DNA from: Mycobacterium phage prophiFSAT01-1 | Length of the DNA stretch: 64,000 bases | Strand: one strand, 5' to 3' | Sequence record: BK061308.1 | Shown here: positions 35,259 through 45,045 of the stretch, one piece after another | Layout: each line of letters opens with the position of its first letter | Numbering within the stretch: position 1 is the stretch's first letter | Made by a program: the position numbers and the translations under genes | The notes under the pieces: generated by a model | The model's input: only the letters and a program-made list of their open reading frames with translations | What the model was told of the DNA's origin: nothing | Databases searched by the model: none

Positions 35259-38200
35259 AGGCGTAGAGCTGGCTGTTGGATACGTCTCGCTCGTGGCAGA
35301 GACTCGCGATCTGCAAAAGGGTGTCACTCGCGCACTGAATGCCGCTGGAAACGACGCTGACGCCATCGGCCGGCGCATGGGGCGCGATCTAGGACAGGGG
35401 GCGTTCACGTCGTTCGGCGACATCATGAAGAAGGGTCTCGCTACTGCGGGCATCGCGGGCGGCCTTGCGTCGATCACCGCTGGATTCACCGCCGCCGTCA
35501 AGTCGGGGACTGAGTTCCAGCGGAATTTGAACACCCTTCAGGGCGCATCGAACGCATCGGCGGCCGAGATGGCCCAGATCAGCGCCAGGGCTCGCGAGCT
35601 TGGTAGGGACGTGACACTGACTGGCACCTCGGCGCAGGATGCCGCAGCCGCAATGACCGAGTTGGTGAAGGGTGGCCTGAACGTAAGGCAGGCGATGGAC
35701 GCCGCACGCGGGACTCTCCAACTCGCCACGGCCGCACAAGTGGACGCCGCAACTGCTGCCGAAATTCAGGCTCGCACTCTCAACACCTTCGGCCTTGGTG
35801 CGGAGTCCGCGGCCATGGTCGCCGACAACCTCTCGAATGCCGCCGCCGCAGCAAGCGGTGAAATCACCGATGTCGCCTACGCAATGCAGGCTGGCGGCGC
35901 AGTCGCATCCAACTTCGGGCTGTCCGTCGAAGATACGACCACCGCACTGGCGCTGTTTGCCAAGAACGGCATCATCGGCAGTGACGCCGGAACGATGCTC
36001 AAGGCATCACTGCTGGCCATCACCGATTCGAGTAAGCCCGCTCAGGGTGCGATCGAAGAGTTGGGTCTGACTCTATACGACCAGCAGGGGCGCTTTGTCG
36101 GCATCCGCTCGATGATGGACCAGCTCAATCAGGCCGCAAAGCGGATGACGCCGGAGATGTTCCAATCCGCGACCACAACACTCTACGGCTCGGACGCTGC
36201 CCGTATCGCCGGTATCGCAGCTCGGACGAGCGGCAAAGACTTCGATGTGATGCGGGAGGCTGTCACCAAACAAGGGGGCGCGGCACGTCTGGCCTCTGCT
36301 CAGCTCACGGGTCTACCGGGAGTCTTTGAACGTCTGTCGAATACGGTCGATGACGCCAAGCTTCAGTTGTCAGATCTGGTTGATGGTCCGCTCATGCAGG
36401 TCGGCAACTGGGTCAACACGACGCTTGGCGATCTCCTAGATGCACTCAAGGGCGACACCAGTAGTGGCGTCTTTTCAGACATAACCAAAGAGGTCAAACA
36501 GGCATGGCCGGACATTCAGAAGTTCGGCAAGGCGCTCGGTGAGGTTCTCCAAACGCTTGGCAGCGCGGCGTGGACCGGCTTCGTAGAAGCGCTGAAAGTC
36601 GCCGGTGACGTTATAGGATTCGTTGCGCCGCTTCTAAGTACGGTTGCAAGTGCGCTCGACGGTCAAGAGTCGTTGGTTACCGCGGTCGCGGTGGCATGGG
36701 CTTCATGGAAGTTCATCCCCGCACTTCTAGACAGGCTACCGGGTCCGCTGGGTAACCTGCGGCAGACCCTACCCGGTGTTGTCACCGGCATGCGTGGATT
36801 CCGCGAAGAGATGCAGTTACAGCGCAGTCTTGGGGCCGCGCAGGGTGTCCAGTTGAATGGCATGAACGCAGCTCTTGCCACCATGCAGGCGCGGTATTCG
36901 GTACTTGGTCGCATGGGTGAGGCGTACCGCTCAGGTGTCGATGGTGCCGAACGGTTCGGGCGTACAGCAGGTGTGGCACGTGCAGCGACCGCTGGCTTAT
37001 CCACCGCGGCAGGCGGTCTCATGTCAGCACTCGGTGGACCGTGGGGGTTGGCACTTGGCGGTGCATCAGTCGCACTGGGCCTACTCGCCGCGAAGCACCA
37101 AGAGGCTGCCGACAAGGCTGCTCAACAGCGTCAGGAAGAGGAAGCGCTTCGCGCCACACTTGACAAATCGACAGGTCGAATCACCGAGCAGACGCGTGAA
37201 CAGGTCGCGACCAAGTTTCAGGAAATCAACACCGATCAGCGCGCACGCAGCTACGGCCTAGATCCCACCCAACTACTCGATGCAGCACTGGGAACTGGCG
37301 ATCCCAACGCGTACAACGACATCCGCAAGAGAGCTGCCGATATCATCGGTGAGCAGGTCAGCGACAAGGGGCTGCGAACCAGAAGCGCGATGATCGACAT
37401 CCGCAACGCGGGTATCAGCAATGAAGAACTGACGCAGGCACTTCTACGCGAGGGCACCGCGTGGGATGACGTTAACAAGAAGCTCAGTGACTATCAGTCA
37501 AACCAGAAGAGCATCAACAAGGACTACCAAAAAGGTGTTGAGGGCCTTCAGGGCTTCATAGACATCATGCCCGATGTGCGCGAGTCGTTTATCACGATGA
37601 CGCAGAACATCAATGAGCAACGAAACTCCATCGGCGACATGTCACAGAAGCAACGTGACCTTCAGTCCATGCTCGAAGGCACGTGGCGCGCAACAGAAGA
37701 GGGCGTAAAGCGGTTCAAGGATCTCGGCGCATCCATTGTTCAAGTGCCAGACAGTAAGTCGGTCGTCGTAACCGCTCTCACCGAGGAGGCCCAAAACAAG
37801 CTCAAGAGTCTGGGCTACGAGGTGCAGAAGATGAAGGACGGCAACTTCAAGGTTGTCGCCGAGACAGACGAGGCTAAGCGCCGCATTGCGGAGCTGATCG
37901 AGAAGATCAATCAGCCGCACACCATGACCATTCAGGCGCAGATGACAGGTCTGGGCGCGATCCTGCCTGGACCTATAGGCCCTGTGGCGGGTGCCTTGCA
38001 GCAGCTTCCAAAGAAGAAGGATGGCGGCGCGGTCTACGGTCCCGGTAGCAGAAAGTCCGATGACGTACTCATGTGGGGTTCGCAGGGTGAGCACATGCTC
38101 ACTGCTGACGACGTGGACAACATGGGTGGACACCGAGGCGTGTTTCAGCTTCGGCGCGCGGCGGCGCAGGGCATGCTTCCGGGGTTCAAGGATGGTGGAC

Positions 38201-39807
38201 CCGTTGACCTGGAAGACCTCTTCGGAGGCGATCTCGGTCCAGGTCTTGCGGATGAAACAGGCCTGCAGAGCAAGACAATTCTCATCAACCGCGCCATCTC
38301 GATGCTGTTCGGTGATCGCATTCGGAAGATCGGCGGCATGCGCGCCGACTCGATGCCGTACCACCCGTCTGGGCGCGCACTCGACATCATGATTCCAGAT
38401 TCGAGCACACCCGAGGGTAAACAACTCGGTGACGACATTCGTCGGCACCTGCTGGAGAATGCCAGCGCATACGGCCTCGAAGATGTTATCTGGCAACAGA
38501 ACTGGACCGGAGCGAACGGCCAATCGAACCGGATGGACGACCGCGGTAACCCAACCGCCAACCATATGGATCACGTTCACGCCACGTCCATTGGAGGCGG
38601 GAAGCCGCGCAAAAACACCCGGTTTGTATTGCCCGCGAAGGTGCGACGCCAGCTCACCGAGCAGTACATGGCCAACGGTGGCACCGGACCAGCCAATGCC
38701 GCCAGCCTCATGGCACAGATCATGGGTAACGGCGGCATTCCAACAGGCCGCGAAAACGGCGTGAGCGCCCTGGCTGCCGGTGACATGAACAATCGCGGCA
38801 CCGACCGCACCGAAGGCTACATTCCCGCCGCAGCCGGTAGCACCGGCACCGCGGGAACCAGTTTCGCCTCCGGGCTGCTCAACATGGGCGCCGAGGCAGT
38901 CAACGGGCTCATCGATCAGGCCGCGTCAGCGGCGGCCACAGCAGCATCAGCGGCCGCCACAGCCGGCAGCTTCGGCGCAGGCGGTCAGGCCGCAGGTCCG
39001 GCCGCCGCTGCCGCGATCGGTCTCGGAGCGAACGCCGCCAAGCGCGGTGTGAGCTGGGGCTTCCAGATGGCCGGTATCGGCGTGGACGCGCTCGTCGAGC
39101 AGTTGTTTCCGTTCGGCGCCCCGCGCTGGCTGGGCTACGACTACACCGGCTTTGTCCCGCAACTTCAGAATCAGAGCGCGGCGACCACGACTCTGGAAAA
39201 GGCCGAGGCACAGAAGTCGGCTGTCGATCCCAACACCAAAGAGCACGGCAAGGGCCTGGGTGCCGCACCTGGCCCCGAGCTACCCGGCGCACCCGTCCAG
39301 GCGGGGCAGATGCCCGGCTCTGGCGCGCCCGGTATACAGACACAGGCACAGCCCGGCGCACTGCCCGGTGTAGGCGGTGGTCAGGGGCCGTTGCCACCAC
39401 CCCCCGCTAGCTCCAATCCGTTCGGCACGAAAACCGGACCCGGTCCCGCAGCACCGCCGCCGACGATGGACGGCCCGCCCGCAGCGACACCGCAGCAGCA
39501 GAATCCGAACTCACCGATGGGCCCGGAATGGCTCAAGATGATGGGCATTTTTGACTCCGGCGGCATGCTGCCTCCCGGTGGTATGGCCATCAACCTATCG
39601 AAGTCACCCGAGCCGGTTCTAACCGGCCGCCAGTGGGCCGATGTCAGCACCGCGGCCGCGCGTCAGCCGCTAGAGCCGGGTGCTCTACAGGGCAACGACT
39701 ACAGCATCAAGGTCGACAACATCAACGTCAAGGATGTGGACGAATTGATGGGCCAGCTCAACGACAAACAGAAGCTCCAGATGATGCGATACGCGGGGCG
39801 TCCGTGA
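35251..39807 (+). CDS. tape measure protein
   Basis: 1518 aa with Ala/Gly-rich helical repeats. An embedded Hx6D…DHVH Zn-peptidase-like segment lies at nt ~38340-38590. Confidence 0.9.
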   Translation: MAKGVELAVGYVSLVAETRDLQKGVTRALNAAGNDADAIGRRMGRDLGQGAFTSFGDIMKKGLATAGIAGGLASITAGFTAAVKSGTEFQRNLNTLQGASNASAAEMAQISARARELGRDVTLTGTSAQDAAAAMTELVKGGLNVRQAMDAARGTLQLATAAQVDAATAAEIQARTLNTFGLGAESAAMVADNLSNAAAAASGEITDVAYAMQAGGAVASNFGLSVEDTTTALALFAKNGIIGSDAGTMLKASLLAITDSSKPAQGAIEELGLTLYDQQGRFVGIRSMMDQLNQAAKRMTPEMFQSATTTLYGSDAARIAGIAARTSGKDFDVMREAVTKQGGAARLASAQLTGLPGVFERLSNTVDDAKLQLSDLVDGPLMQVGNWVNTTLGDLLDALKGDTSSGVFSDITKEVKQAWPDIQKFGKALGEVLQTLGSAAWTGFVEALKVAGDVIGFVAPLLSTVASALDGQESLVTAVAVAWASWKFIPALLDRLPGPLGNLRQTLPGVVTGMRGFREEMQLQRSLGAAQGVQLNGMNAALATMQARYSVLGRMGEAYRSGVDGAERFGRTAGVARAATAGLSTAAGGLMSALGGPWGLALGGASVALGLLAAKHQEAADKAAQQRQEEEALRATLDKSTGRITEQTREQVATKFQEINTDQRARSYGLDPTQLLDAALGTGDPNAYNDIRKRAADIIGEQVSDKGLRTRSAMIDIRNAGISNEELTQALLREGTAWDDVNKKLSDYQSNQKSINKDYQKGVEGLQGFIDIMPDVRESFITMTQNINEQRNSIGDMSQKQRDLQSMLEGTWRATEEGVKRFKDLGASIVQVPDSKSVVVTALTEEAQNKLKSLGYEVQKMKDGNFKVVAETDEAKRRIAELIEKINQPHTMTIQAQMTGLGAILPGPIGPVAGALQQLPKKKDGGAVYGPGSRKSDDVLMWGSQGEHMLTADDVDNMGGHRGVFQLRRAAAQGMLPGFKDGGPVDLEDLFGGDLGPGLADETGLQSKTILINRAISMLFGDRIRKIGGMRADSMPYHPSGRALDIMIPDSSTPEGKQLGDDIRRHLLENASAYGLEDVIWQQNWTGANGQSNRMDDRGNPTANHMDHVHATSIGGGKPRKNTRFVLPAKVRRQLTEQYMANGGTGPANAASLMAQIMGNGGIPTGRENGVSALAAGDMNNRGTDRTEGYIPAAAGSTGTAGTSFASGLLNMGAEAVNGLIDQAASAAATAASAAATAGSFGAGGQAAGPAAAAAIGLGANAAKRGVSWGFQMAGIGVDALVEQLFPFGAPRWLGYDYTGFVPQLQNQSAATTTLEKAEAQKSAVDPNTKEHGKGLGAAPGPELPGAPVQAGQMPGSGAPGIQTQAQPGALPGVGGGQGPLPPPPASSNPFGTKTGPGPAAPPPTMDGPPAATPQQQNPNSPMGPEWLKMMGIFDSGGMLPPGGMAINLSKSPEPVLTGRQWADVSTAAARQPLEPGALQGNDYSIKVDNINVKDVDELMGQLNDKQKLQMMRYAGRP

Positions 39808-40757
39808 GTAGCAATCCGTTCATCATCCAGCCTGATCGCTATGAATCGCAGATCCTTTCGATGTGGATCAGTGGTGACGGTCGCCGATTTCATACGCATG
39901 GCGAGGTAGAAGGCCATGAGGGTGTCTGGAATGCAAAGGGTCAGGTGCAGGGCATCTATGACGCCCCAGTCAAGACCACCTGGAAGGCCGGCGCGTTCCA
40001 GGATGGCGCGACCCAGAAGGGCAAGAAGGTTCTGCACCGTGACCTTACCCTCGGATTCCATTGCATCGAAACACTCGGTCGCACAATGGAAGAGAACGAA
40101 TCAGACTTCCGCAAGATCTTTGCCTACGAAGAGGACGAGTGGGACGACGACCCCGAGCCGATCACGCTAGGCATCGAGACCGAGAAGTCCGGCGTGCGCA
40201 TGCTGGACGTGCTGATGTACGAGAACCCGGTCATCGAATCCGACATCGACCCGATCAAGCAACAGTACCTCAACCTGATCCTGAAACTCCGTGCAGGACA
40301 ACCCATGTGGTACGAAACGCCGGTTGTCACCGAGTTCTCGGATGGCAGCACCGACGCGGCGGGGTTCATCGAGATCGAGAACCCAACCGATCAGCCCATG
40401 CGGCACAAGTGGATTCTGACTCGTGCCGAGTGGGAGATCCCAGACTTCAGTTGGCGCGGCAAGAAGTACGCGCGGAAACCTGGTGGAGCCTACCGCTCCC
40501 GAGTGCTGTCGATTCCGCCGATCACCGCCGTACAGGGTGGCGCGGTCATCAGTCTGAACAAGCAGGACTTGATGATTCGGGACGCGCACTACACCAACAT
40601 GTTGCCGCTGATGAATGGCCGATTTTTCATGCACGTCATCCCGCCGTACACCCCGAAGCAGCAGATTCCGATCAGCTACAAGAACGCCCCCACTGGAGGT
40701 GCGATGGCTCAACTGGTACAGCCGCGCCTCTGGTCGCGGCCATGGGGTCTTGAGTGA
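39804..40757 (+). CDS. minor tail protein (distal tail protein-like)
   Basis: GTG start overlapping the TMP stop. First gene after the TMP. Confidence 0.65.
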   Translation: MSSNPFIIQPDRYESQILSMWISGDGRRFHTHGEVEGHEGVWNAKGQVQGIYDAPVKTTWKAGAFQDGATQKGKKVLHRDLTLGFHCIETLGRTMEENESDFRKIFAYEEDEWDDDPEPITLGIETEKSGVRMLDVLMYENPVIESDIDPIKQQYLNLILKLRAGQPMWYETPVVTEFSDGSTDAAGFIEIENPTDQPMRHKWILTRAEWEIPDFSWRGKKYARKPGGAYRSRVLSIPPITAVQGGAVISLNKQDLMIRDAHYTNMLPLMNGRFFMHVIPPYTPKQQIPISYKNAPTGGAMAQLVQPRLWSRPWGLE

Positions 40758-42481
40758 GCGTCAACGACGCCACCGCCGTACTCGACTACGAACCCATTCA
40801 GCTCGACTTCGACAACCTAGACCTGCGCGCCCAGTGCGAGGCGATCTGGGACGAGACGATCAAGCAAGAGCGCGCCGAGGTCAGACTTCGCCGTCAGCCG
40901 CCGATCGTCCGCATCTTCGATGGTGAATGGGAATTACATCACGTACTGGCCACCGAGTACCGCGCCGAATTCTCGTTTATCTCCAACGACTCTGGCCCCG
41001 GTCAGACAGACATCCCGTTCACGTCAGAAGTGGCGCAATGGATTCACGACATGCAAGGCCGCATGGACCGTGGCGAGAAACGCAATGTCCACATCACCGT
41101 GGACTACTGCGGCGCGCGCTGGTCCGGTCGACTCGACAAAGCGACACTGAAGTCTGACGAGGATGGCGACCAAACACTAAGTGTCACTTGGCTTCACGAC
41201 TACGAAAATTTGAAATGGTATTCCGTCTGGAGTAACCCGTTCCTGCCAGCGGCATTTCAGGCGCCCCGCGCTTTTATCCTGGCTGGCCCCGTTCCATGGA
41301 TTTTGAAGCTAAGTCTTTTTCTTCAATTCTTCCGAGAGCACAACCCGCTCATCACAATTCCAGATGACCCGCTGAATCTGGCTAGCTGGTTCTCCGGACT
41401 TGACCAGTCCACCTGGAGCATCGTCGTCAAGCCCACGTCGTTCTTCGAGGCGATGGCTAGCGGTGCCGTCTGGGGCATGGTTTCCTCTCGCTGGGCCAAC
41501 TGGCACGACATGGCCAAGATCATGCTCGAAGACGCCGAATACAGCGTCGTGTGCCGCCGCTGGCTAGAGGGCGACCCCGAACCATGGCCCGGCGCCAAAC
41601 TGCGCAGCGGAACCCTGGTCATCGACATCGTTGACAAGTCCGGCGTGATGATCGGAACGTCACACGGCGGCACCATGTTCGACGGATTATTCCGCACCGC
41701 AGCCGAATTCGCCGATGACTTCATTGACTCGACCGACGACCTGATTGCCGATAACGACATACCCGAGGACTACTTCATCCCAGGACTGCGGCTGACCCGC
41801 AAGGAGATGCCGTACGTCATCTACCGCGACGGTGACCAATCGCCCATCCAGACATCGGAATTCACCGTGTCACCCGCCAAAGGTATTCAGGTGAACGTCG
41901 GCGGTCACTCGATGCCCGGCGTCAACGAGGCCATCAGCGCGTCTATACAGGCCGGGTTCGACATCCTCGGCGGTATCGCCCAGATCGGCTCACTCGGTGG
42001 CACAGTTGACACACTGGTCAAACCCCTCTACGAGGACACCGTTCTGGCGTGGTGGTCAGTCAAATCCACTCAGAGAGCGCAGAATTCGGGATGGTCTCGA
42101 TATTTCGAGTACTTCCAGGATGGCGCGAACAAGGCGTACACCATCGCGGCGCTGATGGTGCTTCGCGCCGGCTTCTGGGCGACGAAGACAACCATCAGTT
42201 GCAAGGTGTCGGTGGTAGATGGTGCCCCATTCATGGTGGGCGACAGCGGACTTGGTCACTTCTTTCTAGATGATCGTGTAGGCATCGCCCTGCGCAACGA
42301 CACGCGGAACCGAATCCAGATGGACAGGTGCCGCCGCATCGACCTCAAGTGGGACGAAGAGACCCCACCTGAATGGCAACTAACCATCGGCGACGAACGC
42401 GCGCTACAGGACCCGGCACAGCGGGCCTGGGGCAAGATCGAGTCCATCGTCGCCGCCCTGCGAGATCTGGGAGTGTACTAA
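40754..42481 (+). CDS. minor tail protein (Tal-like)
   Basis: 575 aa, second gene after the TMP, ATGA/GTGA-coupled. Confidence 0.65.
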   Translation: MSVNDATAVLDYEPIQLDFDNLDLRAQCEAIWDETIKQERAEVRLRRQPPIVRIFDGEWELHHVLATEYRAEFSFISNDSGPGQTDIPFTSEVAQWIHDMQGRMDRGEKRNVHITVDYCGARWSGRLDKATLKSDEDGDQTLSVTWLHDYENLKWYSVWSNPFLPAAFQAPRAFILAGPVPWILKLSLFLQFFREHNPLITIPDDPLNLASWFSGLDQSTWSIVVKPTSFFEAMASGAVWGMVSSRWANWHDMAKIMLEDAEYSVVCRRWLEGDPEPWPGAKLRSGTLVIDIVDKSGVMIGTSHGGTMFDGLFRTAAEFADDFIDSTDDLIADNDIPEDYFIPGLRLTRKEMPYVIYRDGDQSPIQTSEFTVSPAKGIQVNVGGHSMPGVNEAISASIQAGFDILGGIAQIGSLGGTVDTLVKPLYEDTVLAWWSVKSTQRAQNSGWSRYFEYFQDGANKAYTIAALMVLRAGFWATKTTISCKVSVVDGAPFMVGDSGLGHFFLDDRVGIALRNDTRNRIQMDRCRRIDLKWDEETPPEWQLTIGDERALQDPAQRAWGKIESIVAALRDLGVY

Positions 42482-42913
42482 GTGACGATGCCCGCGATGA
42501 ATCCCAATTTCGGGATGAACGGTGCCAACGCTCAAGACTATGAATTCTCCAAAGGCTTTCCCACACGCGAGAATTGCGACCTTGAAAACCCGCGCGAGAT
42601 GTTTCTCTGGATGCTCGTCGCGCTACCGGGTGTCGTCGGCGCTCAGCTCGTCATGCCCATTGGATACAACATGGCGGTCTCTGAGCACCTGTACGAATGT
42701 GGCGCTGGACTGGTTCGCGAGCCCGTCAAGAAGTGGATTCCACCGAAGGCTAATGGCCCGCACTGGATGACCTCGCCGGGGCAGTGGGTTCCCTTGGAAA
42801 CACCTGTCGAGGAACAGCATCCAGCCGATGTAGCGATTAACAAGCTGTCTCGGCTCCAGCAGGCAGAGCTTCTTGAGCGCCTACTCAAGATGCGTGAGAG
42901 CGGCGATCTGTGA
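42482..42913 (+). CDS. hypothetical/minor tail protein
   Basis: Coupled ORF within the tail module. Confidence 0.45.
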   Translation: MTMPAMNPNFGMNGANAQDYEFSKGFPTRENCDLENPREMFLWMLVALPGVVGAQLVMPIGYNMAVSEHLYECGAGLVREPVKKWIPPKANGPHWMTSPGQWVPLETPVEEQHPADVAINKLSRLQQAELLERLLKMRESGDL

Positions 42914-45045
42914 CCCAGCCCGATCAGCTCAACCCCGAACAGGCGGCTAATTACGACAGCCTGGCCGCGTGGGCGGAGATGACCGAGATCGACTGGCGGA
43001 ACAAGTACAACGCGCCCTATCAGACAGCGCTTGATCAGTTCACGGGCGGATTCTTCGGCGGGCTGCCGACAGGCATGCCGCACAGTCTGGCAATGCTGAC
43101 GGCGTTGATTCGCAAGCTGATCGGCAATCCTTTTGCAATTTTCCGCTCAGCCGAGGAGGCGCTGGACGCGCTGTTTCAGATTCCGATCATCGGTGATCTG
43201 CTGTCGATCGTCTTCCGTGGCACGATTCCGCGATCTTGGATTTCTGATGTCATCGAAGATCTGATCAGTGGCGCTGGTCAGTTCCTCAACGCATTGAGCG
43301 TCAGCGGTAACCCGTTCCTCCAGTGGGACCCCGCCAAGCCGGGTTGGCAGTCTGGCGGGTCAGCCAAGATGACCGCTAACGGAACCCAACAGTCTGCACG
43401 CTCAGAGATATTCAATGTTGTGCCCGGACAGATACTTGAGCTACCAGCGGGCACGATGTGGTCGAGCCTGACCGCCACTCCGGGTACGAATCCCATCAAG
43501 GTTGGCTTCGCGACCTGGGACGCGAATAAGAACCCACTGCCCGATGTGATCACCGGCCAACTGCAACCCCCCGCAGCTAACGGTATCTGGCAAGCCATGC
43601 CGTCGCAGCCCTGGAAAGTCGAGAGCGGAGTGGCCTTCGCTGCGCCGCTCCTGATGCTGGACTCCGGCGCAACTTCGGGTGATGTGTGGTTCTCGAATGT
43701 ATTGCCACACATGTCAAACAAGATCAACCCGCTAGATCTGCAAAGTATTTTAGAGGGTGGCAACAACATCGCCGAAGACATCCAGAACACCTGGAATAGC
43801 TTCTGGAATGGAGTATTTGGTGGAAGCGCCACCGGCAAGACGCCGGATGATGTAAAGGCTGCTGCTGGACATGTCACATCGGTAGCGAGTGACGCTAGCG
43901 CCGCGGCGCAGTTCGCGGCTTCGATGGTTATCCGACCTCGGCGCAGTCCACGCTGGATCTCCACTGGAACTCACGATGATGTTTCGTTCCCAATCATTTC
44001 GGCGCAGTCGATGTTCACCCCCGCGCTGAATGACATCACCTACATTCCCATCACACCGGACACAGATCGAGTCTATAAGGCGCTGAAGTTCGGGCTCGTC
44101 GGCTCATCGATGACCAACTGCTATGTCGGCGTGTACAAGATCGAGACAGACGGAACGCTCACCCTGGCAGTGAATCTCGGTGACAAGAAGCCAAGTCTGA
44201 CGGCATCGAAGGTTCAGACATTCGCCATCCCCGGCGGCGTCGGAGTGGGTCGCGGAGAGACCGTATTCATCGCGGTACGACAGGTGGGTGGCACGGCTGG
44301 CCAGATGTTCACCACTCCTTCATTACTTCAGGTGACGGAGGTTGTGCAGCCATTGCCTACGTACCCGACAGAGAAGAACAACACTGGTAGTGGGCTTCCT
44401 GGGTCTATCTCGGGTGCGATAGTTCGCTCCGAGTCCGCGCCAGCCTGGGGTGCACTCGGTGAGACACTTCTGGATTCGCCGTGGACAGACTTCTCAACGC
44501 CAGGCACACATTCCTTCCTGATCCCTACGGATGCTCGCTACATCTACATCATTGGCTCTAGCGCTGGTGGGGGCGGCGGCGGTGGCGACGGCGGTTGGAA
44601 CAAGCCGGGTGAAGGTGGTCGCCGCGGGCAATGGGCGGCAGTGAGTCTAGAGCGGGGTGTTGGCATCCCTTGGGATGTCACGGAGTTGGAGATCTATCTT
44701 CCGTCTGGCGGCGCAGGCGCTCCCGGCAGAGAGCAGAACGGCAGCGCAGGAGGTGCGTTGAATGTCCACTTCGCAGGTAGTCCGTTCACGGTCCTACTGA
44801 ACATCCCCGGTGGTGTGGGTGGCCGGCTGGCATACGGCGGGTTTTTCAATCGCGACCCGGTAGGCGAGGCCCAAGTGAACTACCCGTTCTTTGGTCGGCT
44901 CTTCGTGGGTGGCCTCGCGGCGGCAACGGATACGAACGGCAACCCACCCGGTGGCGGCGGGGGTGGCGGTGAGGGTGGCGTGGGCGGATCGGCCAATGGC
45001 GGTCGTCCGGGTGGTTCCGGCTTCTGCGCGATAAGGACTGCCTGA
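42910..45045 (+). CDS. minor tail protein with Gly-rich C-terminal repeats
   Basis: 711 aa. The C-terminal GGGGGGDGGW…GGGGGGEGGVGG collagen-like tracts are typical of mycobacteriophage minor tail proteins. Confidence 0.65.
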   Translation: MTQPDQLNPEQAANYDSLAAWAEMTEIDWRNKYNAPYQTALDQFTGGFFGGLPTGMPHSLAMLTALIRKLIGNPFAIFRSAEEALDALFQIPIIGDLLSIVFRGTIPRSWISDVIEDLISGAGQFLNALSVSGNPFLQWDPAKPGWQSGGSAKMTANGTQQSARSEIFNVVPGQILELPAGTMWSSLTATPGTNPIKVGFATWDANKNPLPDVITGQLQPPAANGIWQAMPSQPWKVESGVAFAAPLLMLDSGATSGDVWFSNVLPHMSNKINPLDLQSILEGGNNIAEDIQNTWNSFWNGVFGGSATGKTPDDVKAAAGHVTSVASDASAAAQFAASMVIRPRRSPRWISTGTHDDVSFPIISAQSMFTPALNDITYIPITPDTDRVYKALKFGLVGSSMTNCYVGVYKIETDGTLTLAVNLGDKKPSLTASKVQTFAIPGGVGVGRGETVFIAVRQVGGTAGQMFTTPSLLQVTEVVQPLPTYPTEKNNTGSGLPGSISGAIVRSESAPAWGALGETLLDSPWTDFSTPGTHSFLIPTDARYIYIIGSSAGGGGGGGDGGWNKPGEGGRRGQWAAVSLERGVGIPWDVTELEIYLPSGGAGAPGREQNGSAGGALNVHFAGSPFTVLLNIPGGVGGRLAYGGFFNRDPVGEAQVNYPFFGRLFVGGLAAATDTNGNPPGGGGGGGEGGVGGSANGGRPGGSGFCAIRTA

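Noticed and set aside
37642-38580. 312-aa minus-strand ORF, and several others, inside the tape measure gene
   Set aside because: It lies wholly within the 1518-aa tape measure ORF on the opposite strand. Long antisense ORFs are expected at this GC content.
44560-45020. Gly-rich tracts (GGGGGGDGG…) suggesting a PE-PGRS-like host gene
   Set aside because: The tracts lie at the C-terminus of a minor tail protein inside an uninterrupted tail operon. Collagen-like Gly repeats are common in mycobacteriophage tail proteins.
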